A DNA stretch of 64,000 bases from an archaeon. GTDB taxonomy: Archaea; Nanobdellota; Nanobdellia; SCGC-AAA011-G17; GW2011-AR17. Below are positions 39,959 to 49,900 of this stretch, piece after piece. The stretch is taken from assembly GCA_018656555.1 (NCBI GenBank), contig JABHZQ010000023.1, positions 2,875 through 66,874 of the forward strand. The letters are read 5' to 3'. Positions within the stretch are counted from its first letter, which is position 1. Each line of letters begins with the position of its first letter. The notes under the pieces were generated by a model. The model was not told the origin of the DNA and did not search any database. It saw only the letters and a program-made list of their open reading frames with translations. The position numbers and the translations under genes were made by a program.

Positions 39959-42900
39959 TTATATTTCTATTGTAAATGAACCTTGGTTACCAAATTCATC
40001 TTCACATATTATATAATAAGTTTGTATATCTGTAAGTGCAATTGTTCCTGATGTAGCAGTACCTTCACCAAAAGCAAAAGGCTCATATAAATATTCACAA
40101 GTTGCAATTTCATCAGTTTCAAATACTAATGAATTAAATGCTTCATCAACATAAACATTTCCAAGTCCTGGCGCATTTGTATCAATATCAACTGTAAATG
40201 AAATAGTTGTTGAATTTTGATTACCTGCAACATCTTGACATAAAATATCATAAGAGTAAGCATTTGTACTTAAATCTTCTAATAATTGTTCGTGATAAGA
40301 TGCATTAGTTGTAAAAAATTCTATTGCATCATAACTACATACTGCTTTTCCATCTTCAGCACCAACTGAAGTCTCAACTTGTAATGCAACATCATTATAA
40401 TACACTGTTCCATTAGGTGAGGTTCTATCTATATTCAATGGTTCTGTTCCTTTTAATACATAAGCATAATTCTGTGAATTAATATTTCCAGCCATATCTT
40501 TACAAGCAAAATAAAAGTAATTCTCACCTAACTCCGTTACATTAAGAACAGCAGCCTTATAATTTTCATAATAAGCTGACTGTGTTGCAATAGATCCAGT
40601 CCCATAGATAAAGTAATTTTCCATTAAATCAAATTCTTGATCTGAGTAAGACCATCTACACTCTTGAGTTGGTTCATTTAGATAGATTGTTACAACAGGT
40701 GTGCTTACATCAGCAGCAATATAACTTCCAGATGCAATATCTGTTGATTCAATCATTGGAGCCTGTACATCCTCTCCAGCAGTAGTTGTTACCTTCATTA
40801 CAAATGCATTTATGTTCCAATTTCCTACTGGATCCTGACACCTTATGTAATAATTAAATTCTTCATCAGGAGTTAAGACTCTTGTTTGATTATGATTTTT
40901 TGAATAGTATGAATCGGGGAACATCTCTGTCATCTCATCAAAAGATTCTATTGGTTCAGTATCAATCCTACATTGAGACAATTCATCAGTTATTATCCCA
41001 TAATTAAATTGAGTATAAGGTTGAACTCCAGTTACAGATACTCCATTTGTTCCATCTAAATTATAAGTATAATCATATTTTAGAAATATATCTTCATCTA
41101 TTTCTATAATTGGATGATTAACATCATTAATGTGTGCATTAAAACACTTCTCTCTTTCAGTTCCAGCATTTTCACTTATATAATCACAAGCAGCACCTAA
41201 GGATTTACATTTATACTCGGTACACTCATATCCAGCAAGTACATCTCCAGAACCATCATCTAAAGCAAGACCTCCTTCTGAAACGGGCAAGTCACATAAT
41301 TCACAAAAATCTCCCCCACTAGGTGGAATCCAAGATTCACAATTTGCAGATACTGTAATTGTTTCTGATTTTCCGCCACCAGTTAAAAATTGAACTATTA
41401 AAACCACAACTGCAGCAACTGCAGCAACTACTGCACCAACAGGTCCAGATACTGCACCAACAAGTGCTAAAATTGCAAAAATTGCACCAAATGCACCAAC
41501 CACCACAGTAAGTATAGTTGCAGGGGTTTTAAAATCAGACAACCATTCAGTAGCCATTCCTATTTCTGCTTGGTTTTCTAAAGCTTCTGAAATTCCAAGT
41601 AACCCACCATGAACACCATAAGCATTTCTTAAATTCAAACCAGGAGTTTCATCAATATAATATGAAGCCCTATCCAAATCAGTTCCTGCACCATGATCTT
41701 CACCATAACCAGAATACCATTTAGCCATATCCATCCCTAAATATAATACACAACTTGTCTCATCAATTTCATTACAAGCACCCTTACAAAGACCACCACT
41801 TCCACTAAACAAACCATAATCTTCATCCCCATATTCATCATGACAATCCCAATCATAACCTACTTTATTTTTATGATTTAAAGCACCAAAAAGTTCAGCT
41901 AAAGTAACAGTCATATAAAAACCATCATTAGATTCTTGTTCTAAAATATTAAAATTAGCACCACAATCTCCAGCCATTGAACACCACTTAGAAGCATTAA
42001 CCATCCACATATCAGACAAACATTCACAATTTTCAACACATTTCCAATTTTCTGCTGTCTGACTCTGTTGAGTCAAAGTAACATCACAAGTTAAAGTTTT
42101 TTCACTACAAGTTGTTGAAGTTTCTGATTCCCCCCAAAACTGATTACCTTTTGGAACAGTAGAAACATTAGTGCTAATTGCACTATCATAAATATTATTA
42201 TCCTTACAAGCAGCTGCAGTCACAATACTCTCATCCCCACCATATGGAACTTGAATACAAATCTCCTCTCTATAATCCCTACAAGGTTCTACTATCTCCT
42301 CTCCAAAATAACAATAAGATCTATAATGTTGAGAACCAGGCCTATCTAAATAAGCACCAGCAGGAGACTCATATAAACACCAAGACTCACCATGATATCT
42401 TTGTCCCCCCATTTTCCTTTCATCATGTTTGTTAACATCTTTCTCAGTACCTAAATTATCTATATTCCCCGGATCACCCAAATTATAATAATAACTTCCA
42501 TCCCAAGTGTAATAACCATCATCTCTTTTCTCATCACAATTTACTGTTTTACAATAAGCATTATCTTCATCATCATAACCACACCAAGTCCCTTTTGTAT
42601 AATCACATTCTCCATTTATCCCTGCAGTATTTCCATCAGAATCTCTATCAGAAGAATCAACCACAGTCTCTTGATTACCACAAGAATCAAACCAATAAAC
42701 ATCTTCATCAACACACTTCATCTCAAAATGTTCAATACAACCACACAAGTTCAAATCACTACACAATCTTTCTTTATAGAAACCAGTCCCTCCCTCCAAA
42801 TCAATCTCTGGAGTTTCACACATATCTTTTGTATCATAAACACAAGACTCATCTGATACACAACAACCCTTATCTGAAGCAGTACAAAGATCAACACAAG

Positions 42901-43378
42901 AATATTCATCTTCTACTTCAGCAAACTCTGCATCCACTTCAGGATAATCTGCATCTATGTATTCACAATGGGCAGAAGTAGTATAAGAACAAATAGAATT
43001 TGCAATATTACAACAATTCTTCTGACATTGAGCCAAATTACATTCAGCATCTTCATACCAAGCATAACCTTCAGTATTTTCACAAACAGTTTTAGGAACA
43101 TTTTTAGAACACTTACCTATTTCAGAAATACAACAACCACCTTTACAATAAGAAGTCTGCTCACAAGTAACTGCAGAAGAAGAATAAGAAGCATCACATT
43201 GATCTTGTGTAGTATAAATACAAGATAAATCAGAAGTTGTTTTTTCACAACAATAATTTGTTTCAGTAATAACCTCTTCCTCAGCTGTAACTAACTCAAT
43301 ATTATAAACTGTAAAAATAGAAGCTATAATTATAAGAGTCATAAATAATGCCTTTGTTTTGAGAAAATCACCTCTCAT
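39959..43378 (-). CDS. Giant cysteine-rich secreted surface protein, paralog C (1139 aa) with an internal Gly/Ala/Val-rich hydrophobic hairpin
   Basis: N-terminus identical to paralog B (MRGDFLKTKALFMTLIIIASIFTVYNIELVTAEEE). Contains GESWCLYESPAGAYLDRPGSQHYRSYCYFGEE, ENCECLSDMWMVNASKWCSMAGDCGANFNILE, CELCDLP and ECTEYKCKSLGAAC motifs, plus an internal ~46-aa hydrophobic stretch. Confidence 0.7.
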   Translation of the reverse strand: MRGDFLKTKALFMTLIIIASIFTVYNIELVTAEEEVITETNYCCEKTTSDLSCIYTTQDQCDASYSSSAVTCEQTSYCKGGCCISEIGKCSKNVPKTVCENTEGYAWYEDAECNLAQCQKNCCNIANSICSYTTSAHCEYIDADYPEVDAEFAEVEDEYSCVDLCTASDKGCCVSDESCVYDTKDMCETPEIDLEGGTGFYKERLCSDLNLCGCIEHFEMKCVDEDVYWFDSCGNQETVVDSSDRDSDGNTAGINGECDYTKGTWCGYDDEDNAYCKTVNCDEKRDDGYYTWDGSYYYNLGDPGNIDNLGTEKDVNKHDERKMGGQRYHGESWCLYESPAGAYLDRPGSQHYRSYCYFGEEIVEPCRDYREEICIQVPYGGDESIVTAAACKDNNIYDSAISTNVSTVPKGNQFWGESETSTTCSEKTLTCDVTLTQQSQTAENWKCVENCECLSDMWMVNASKWCSMAGDCGANFNILEQESNDGFYMTVTLAELFGALNHKNKVGYDWDCHDEYGDEDYGLFSGSGGLCKGACNEIDETSCVLYLGMDMAKWYSGYGEDHGAGTDLDRASYYIDETPGLNLRNAYGVHGGLLGISEALENQAEIGMATEWLSDFKTPATILTVVVGAFGAIFAILALVGAVSGPVGAVVAAVAAVVVLIVQFLTGGGKSETITVSANCESWIPPSGGDFCELCDLPVSEGGLALDDGSGDVLAGYECTEYKCKSLGAACDYISENAGTEREKCFNAHINDVNHPIIEIDEDIFLKYDYTYNLDGTNGVSVTGVQPYTQFNYGIITDELSQCRIDTEPIESFDEMTEMFPDSYYSKNHNQTRVLTPDEEFNYYIRCQDPVGNWNINAFVMKVTTTAGEDVQAPMIESTDIASGSYIAADVSTPVVTIYLNEPTQECRWSYSDQEFDLMENYFIYGTGSIATQSAYYENYKAAVLNVTELGENYFYFACKDMAGNINSQNYAYVLKGTEPLNIDRTSPNGTVYYNDVALQVETSVGAEDGKAVCSYDAIEFFTTNASYHEQLLEDLSTNAYSYDILCQDVAGNQNSTTISFTVDIDTNAPGLGNVYVDEAFNSLVFETDEIATCEYLYEPFAFGEGTATSGTIALTDIQTYYIICEDEFGNQGSFTIEI

Positions 43379-43395
43379 TATAATATCAAATAATT

Positions 43396-43408
43396 TAATT
43401 ATTTAAAA
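43396..43408 (-). promoter_or_regulatory. Archaeal TATA-like box (TTTAAATA), about 20-30 bp upstream of the paralog C start. The same sequence recurs upstream of paralog B at ~46917-46929.
   Basis: The minus-strand reading of 43379-43410 is atttttaaataattaaattatttgatattata followed by ATG. The same 32 bp precede the gene at 46900. Confidence 0.35.
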
Positions 43409-46400
43409 ATCTTCTCCTTGCTCTTCTTGCTCTACTTCAATAGTATAAGAACCTTGATTCCCAAACACATCCTCACAAATTATATAATAAACTGATTCAG
43501 TTGCTGCAAAATAATAAGTATTTTCATCTAGTGTGCTTGTAGAAAATCCTGAACCATATTCAAATTCAAGTACATCATACTCACAGTAAGAAGTTTCATC
43601 TAATGAAAAATAAAGATTTACTCCTGATTGATATACTTCTGTTAATTCTGGTGCACTCATATCAATATCAACAATAAATGAAATAGTTGTTGAGTTTTGA
43701 TTACCTGCAACATCTTGACATAAAATATTATAATCATACTGACCTGCAGAAAGATCTTCTAATAATTGTTCGTGATAAGATGCATTACTTGCAAAAAATT
43801 CAATTCCATCATAATAACATACAGACTTTCCAGCCTCAGCACCAACAGAAGTCTCAACTTGTAATGCAACATCATTATAGTATATTGTTCCTTCTGGTGA
43901 AGTTCTATCAATATTCAAAGGCTCTGTTCCTTTTAACACAAAAGGATAAGTTTGTGTATTTGTATTATTATTATAATCCATACAAGAGAAGTAATATTGA
44001 TTATCTCCAATATTTGTAACATTCAATGCAGCCAAACAAGTATTAGCTGAATATACACTTTGAGAATAAACATTCCCAGAGCATAATGTATAATAATTCA
44101 TTAATTCATAATCTTGATCATAAAAAGACCATTTACACTGTGCAGGTTCATTAATATAAACATTTACAAGAGCATAATCTGTATTTGCAGCAATATAAGT
44201 TCCAGACGCAACATCAGTTGTTTCAATTACAGGAGTTTGTACATCCTCTCCAGGTTCAGTTTGTATTTTAAATTGATAAGGTGCTACAGTTGGATTGCCT
44301 GCTGCATCCTGACATTGGATATAATAAGTAAACTCTTCATCAGGTGTTAAGATTCTTGTTTGATTATGAGTTCTATCATAATAAGAGAATGGGAAAAATT
44401 CTGTCATCTCTTCATAAATAGGTAAAGGTTCTGTTGAAATCTTACATTGAGCTAATTCATTAGTCTCAATACCAAAATGAAATTGAGTATAAGGTGCTAT
44501 TCCAGTAACTGAAACCCCATTATTACCTTCTTGAGTATAGGAATAGCCATGTTCAATAAATAACTCCTCATTCAAAGTCATTTCTGGTGCATCAACTTCA
44601 TCTATAACATTATTAAAACATTTTTCTCTATCTGTTCCTAAATTTTCTGAAATAAACCCACATCCAACTCCTAAAGATTTACATTTATACTCAGTACATT
44701 CAAATCCAGGCAAAACCTTTCCAGAACCATCATCTATTGCTAACCCTCCTTGTGAAATAGGCAAATCACATAATTCACATAAATTTCCACCAGGCAAAGG
44801 CACCCAAGGTTCACAATTAGAAGAAACAATTACTGTTTGAGTATCACCTCCAGTAGAAAACAAATAGATTAATGCTGCTATTGATATTACTACTATAGCT
44901 ACAATCCATCCAACCACTGGAACAGAACTACTTGCTCCAGCAACAACTCCCAAAGCAGCAACAACTGCAACTGCAGCTTCAATTGCAGCTGTTATAACTA
45001 CAGTCACAATAATTCCTACAACTGCTCCCACCCCTAGAGCTACAAGCGCTGCTGTTAATCCATCTGATTGATAATCAGACAACCAATCTGCAGCTACTCC
45101 AGTTTCTAATTGATCAGCCATGGCTTTAGAAATACCAAGCAACCCACCATGAACACCATAAGCATTTTTTAAAGTATAAGAAGGATTATCATATTCAAAA
45201 TAACCTAACCTTTCACCCATTAAAACTTCTTCATTTGGTGCATCATAGACATTGTCATCTACACCAGTATACCAACTAGCCCTATACATCGAATCATAAA
45301 ATACACACCGATCATTATCAATTGGATCTCCCCCCTCTGCACAAACATTTTCAGATCCTTCTGTTGGGCACATATCATCAACCCCATAATCTTCTTCATG
45401 CCACCTATAATGACAATCCCAATTATAAGCAATCATAGTTTTATCTTGACCAGTCTTAAGATAATCTTGAGCTCTAGTCATATAAAAACCATCATTAGAA
45501 TACTGTTCTAAAATATTAAAATTAGCACCACAATCCCCTCCACTAGAACACCACTTTGAAGCATTAACCATCCAAACATCTGCTAAACAATCACAATTTT
45601 CAACACATCTCCATTGATTTGCTGCCCAATTTTTTTTACTAAAAGTTACTTGACACTCTAAACTTTTAGCAGTACAAGTAGTTAAAGCAGAATCCCCTGC
45701 CCAAAATTGATTTCCCTTTGGTACAGTAGAAATATTAGTATTCAATGGACTATCATAAATGTTATTATCTACACAAGCAGCCCCAGTTGCTTGTCCTGCC
45801 TCCCCTTGAAGATTTGTTGGATCATAAGGAGATTGAATACAAATCTCCTCTCTATAATCCCTACAAGTATCTATATATTCTTCACCAAAATAACAATAAG
45901 ATCTATAATGTTGAGAACCAGGCCTATCAAAATAAGCACCAGCAGGAGACTCATATAAACACCAAGACTCACCATGATATCTTTGCCCCCCCAACCTTCC
46001 ATCATGCTTATTTATTTTTTTCTCTCCTAAATTATCTAAATCTCCAGGAGCATTAATATTATAATGATAAATTCCATCAAAAGTATAAGTTCCATCTTCT
46101 CTTTTGTTTAAACAATCTGTAGTTTCACAAACTGCATTACCTCCACTATCATGACCACACCAAGTTCCAGCCTGGTAATCACAATCTTCAGCAACAGTCT
46201 CTTGATTACCACAAGTATCAAACCAATAAACATCATCCATCACACATTCTTTTCTATCCTTTGATTCACAATTACAAATATCAATCTCACTACAAAGAGT
46301 TTCCTTATAGAAACCATAACCAGTATCTATATCAATATCTGGTTCATCACACATCTCTCTTGTATCATATATACAAGATTCATCAGTTACACAACATCCT

Positions 46401-46900
46401 TGATCAGATGCAGTACACTGACTAGTACATGCATATTCATAATCCACTACAACAAACTCAGGATCTATTTCTGGATAATCATCACCAATATAATCACAAT
46501 TAGCTTCTGTTGTATAAGAACAAATAGAATTTGCAATATTACAACAATTCTTTCCACATTCAGGAATATCACACTCTGCATTATCATGCCAAGTATATCC
46601 TTCTGTACTTTCACAAACATATTTTGGTACATTCTTAGAACATTTTCCAGAATCAGAGATACAACAACCACCTTTACAATAAGTAGTTAGTTCACAAGAA
46701 GTTTGCGAAGAAAGATGAGCAGTATCACACTGGTCTTGAGTAGTATACAAACAATTTAACCCAGATAAAGTTTCCTCACAACAATACATAGGTTGTTCTT
46801 CTTCAGCTGTAACCAACTCAATATTATAAACTGTAAAAATAGAAGCTATAATTATAAGAGTCATAAATAATGCTTTTGTTTTGAGAAAATCACCTCTCAT
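43403..46900 (-). CDS. Giant cysteine-rich secreted surface protein, paralog B (1165 aa) with an internal hydrophobic multi-helix segment
   Basis: Same motif set as paralog C. Internal ~68-aa hydrophobic segment (LTAALVALGVGAVVGIIVTVVITAAIEAAVAVVAALGVVAGASSSVPVVGWIVAIVVISIAALIYLF). Confidence 0.7.
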   Translation of the reverse strand: MRGDFLKTKALFMTLIIIASIFTVYNIELVTAEEEQPMYCCEETLSGLNCLYTTQDQCDTAHLSSQTSCELTTYCKGGCCISDSGKCSKNVPKYVCESTEGYTWHDNAECDIPECGKNCCNIANSICSYTTEANCDYIGDDYPEIDPEFVVVDYEYACTSQCTASDQGCCVTDESCIYDTREMCDEPDIDIDTGYGFYKETLCSEIDICNCESKDRKECVMDDVYWFDTCGNQETVAEDCDYQAGTWCGHDSGGNAVCETTDCLNKREDGTYTFDGIYHYNINAPGDLDNLGEKKINKHDGRLGGQRYHGESWCLYESPAGAYFDRPGSQHYRSYCYFGEEYIDTCRDYREEICIQSPYDPTNLQGEAGQATGAACVDNNIYDSPLNTNISTVPKGNQFWAGDSALTTCTAKSLECQVTFSKKNWAANQWRCVENCDCLADVWMVNASKWCSSGGDCGANFNILEQYSNDGFYMTRAQDYLKTGQDKTMIAYNWDCHYRWHEEDYGVDDMCPTEGSENVCAEGGDPIDNDRCVFYDSMYRASWYTGVDDNVYDAPNEEVLMGERLGYFEYDNPSYTLKNAYGVHGGLLGISKAMADQLETGVAADWLSDYQSDGLTAALVALGVGAVVGIIVTVVITAAIEAAVAVVAALGVVAGASSSVPVVGWIVAIVVISIAALIYLFSTGGDTQTVIVSSNCEPWVPLPGGNLCELCDLPISQGGLAIDDGSGKVLPGFECTEYKCKSLGVGCGFISENLGTDREKCFNNVIDEVDAPEMTLNEELFIEHGYSYTQEGNNGVSVTGIAPYTQFHFGIETNELAQCKISTEPLPIYEEMTEFFPFSYYDRTHNQTRILTPDEEFTYYIQCQDAAGNPTVAPYQFKIQTEPGEDVQTPVIETTDVASGTYIAANTDYALVNVYINEPAQCKWSFYDQDYELMNYYTLCSGNVYSQSVYSANTCLAALNVTNIGDNQYYFSCMDYNNNTNTQTYPFVLKGTEPLNIDRTSPEGTIYYNDVALQVETSVGAEAGKSVCYYDGIEFFASNASYHEQLLEDLSAGQYDYNILCQDVAGNQNSTTISFIVDIDMSAPELTEVYQSGVNLYFSLDETSYCEYDVLEFEYGSGFSTSTLDENTYYFAATESVYYIICEDVFGNQGSYTIEVEQEEQGEDF

Positions 46901-46938
46901 TATAATATCAAATAATTTAATTATTTAAAAAACTAACT

Positions 46939-49900
46939 CTATAGAATATAATCTAAACTTACTATCAAAGGAGAATTTTGGTTACCAAATTCATCTTCAC
47001 ATATAACATAATACTCACTAATTCCTGGAGATACTGAAAAAGTATGATCTGTTGTTTCTGATCCAGTTGTTTCAAAACCAGAACCAAAAGTAAAAGATGA
47101 AACCTCATATTCACAAGTTGTTTCCTCATTTGTGATTATATAAACCATATTACTCAAATAAAATAAACTATCTACTTCTGGAGGATATTCATCAACATCC
47201 ATTGTAAAAGAAATTTGTGTTTCATTTCTATTTCCTGCAACATCTTCACAATAAATATCATAAACATAATCTCCTTCAGTCAATGTTTGTGATTGTACCC
47301 AAAGAGTATCTGAATCTTGTGATTCTGACATTTGATCATAAGTATATTGATTTGATTGTTTATAGTAACACACAGACTTTCCAGCCTCAGCACCTGCTTG
47401 AGTTCTTACTTGTAAATCTATCTCTTTGTAAGACACTATTCCTTCTGGTGATGTTTGTGTAATCAACAAAGGATCTGATTTTGTTACAGTCCATGGTGAA
47501 GATGAAGACATTACATTACCATATTGATCTTGACATAGGAAATAAAAATTATTAGGGCCATCAGTTATTGAAATTTCATCTCTACAATAATAATCTCCCT
47601 GAATAATATTTGCTGATGGAGAAATACAAGTATCCATATCATTTTCCATTAAATCAAAATTATCACTCTCTAAACTACTATACTTACAAGTTGCAGGAAC
47701 ATCAGTATAAGTCTGTAAGGTTATTGTTTCTGCAGTTGAAGGAGCATATTGCTCACTTGCAGGATCAAAATGGATATATGTTCCAGGGTAAGTAGTTGGA
47801 TCCTGTTCTGAAGCTTTCAACCCTATCTCAAAAATTCCATCATCAGTTTTTCCACAAATATCCTCACACCACACATAAAAACTTTTTTCTTCTCCATTAG
47901 AAAAAACATAACTAATATTATGCTTAAACTCATAAGCATCAACAGCCCAATCTGGAACCTCATAAACTCCAGGATTCATAAATAAGTTATATCTCTCTTC
48001 TGGATCAGTATAAGCTGCTGCCAATTGTCCAAGAGTAGAAACTCCCTCATGTTGATCTAAAATTTCTTGTACTCTCCAATCCTCAACAAATTTACACCTA
48101 GAGACAATGTTTGTTTCAACTCCAAAAGAAACCTTATAACCTGGAGGTATATTAGTTGCATCATAACCAGGATTATTAGTTGTTCTTTTCTGAATTTCAA
48201 TTGTTAATGGTGAAGTTGCAGTTGAATCAATTAAAGCATCATCATATTGAGAAATCTGTACAGACTCATTCAAGATACATTCCTCAGAAACACAAGAAGG
48301 ATGATTAATAGATCCTCTATTCCCTTCAATAAACTTACAATAAGATCCTAAACTTGTACATTTTGAAGCAGTACATGCTGCACCATCTATCCTCTTTCCA
48401 TCCTTACTAAACCACAATCCCCCTTCTTCAGAAGGCAAGTCACACAAATGGCAATTATCTCCATTATCTTGAGGTTCCCAAGCTTCACACCAATGTACAG
48501 ATCTTGCAGCCTTTTTATTATCACCTTCATGAATATTATCTTCCCACTCATACTCATAAAAAGTAAGTGGATTTGAATACTGACTAGCATAATCAAAACC
48601 AAAAGAAGTTGCTCTTAAAGATCTTGTATTCATAACCCAAGGTTTGATACTCTTCAGCTGATTATATAGTAATTCCTCTTTTGAAACTTTATAGGCATCT
48701 TCAGTACAGACATAACTAGTTTCTATTGCATCAGTATAATAATCCAGATAGTCGTCATCATAATCTGAACTTGACGAATAATCATAAATATAATCATACA
48801 TACAACCATCTATAGCACCCACTTCTTGTTTTGCTGAATGAACTTCACCTCCAAGATATGATTTTCCATCCTGCTCATAAGGCCTTTGTATATCATTTGA
48901 AGTTACAAGACCATAAGCTGCCATATTCTCTTTAGCAGAACTCCCTTCAACATAATTCAATCCCAAATTCTTAGATAATCTATCTACTCCACCAGTAGTA
49001 TAACAATTATATGCACTATACATATACAATCTACTCAAAGGTAAAAAAGAAGGAAACATAAAATCAGATAAAAAATTATCATTCACAGTATTTATTTCAA
49101 GATCCCCCTCATTCTTCAAAATAGGAACATAATATCTTCTAATATTAGCTGCTGAAGCTTTCATACAAGCTGAAGCACCAGGAATTCTACTAGAATGATA
49201 TAAAGAATAAAAAGAAGTTCCTTGAAGATATGATTCTGCTTGAGAACAATGATCATCTTCTAAGTCAAAACATTCACCCAAACCCAGACTAGCATCACTA
49301 TTCTCTCCTGCAATTTCTTCTTGGTTATAAGTTATATCAAATGAATCTGGCTGTCCTTCCTCTCCCAATATATTCAAATTAATCCCACAATCTCCTCTTG
49401 AACTACAATAATCCATTGAAGTTGCTATAAACTCAGATCTTAAACCAATTGCATTAGTAATTAACTCATAACCTTCTTCATCACTCCCCCCTCCTTGATC
49501 CCAAAAACCATAATCAATTGTAAAGGTAGCAGCATGACAATAATCATCAGCAGTGGTTGTCCAATCCTCTCTATACGTTCCCAAAGGGACTGTAGAAACT
49601 CCATACAAATATGTCCAATCTTCAGTAGATTTAATCGGCTGATTTATCTCACCATAAAACTCACCAAACCTATTATCATAGTTTATAGACCATTCAGACC
49701 AACTATCTTTTGCATCATTATAATCTGGTGTTGTAGAACAACTTCCAGAAGTAGAACACCATTTTCCAGAATGGTAAGGATAAGTATAATATTCTTCAAA
49801 ATTATTAGAAATACATTTGGCATCAGGATTCCCATTTTCATCAAAACTCATTGCACAATATTCTTCTCTTAAATCTCCACAATTTTCCCAAACCTCTTCT

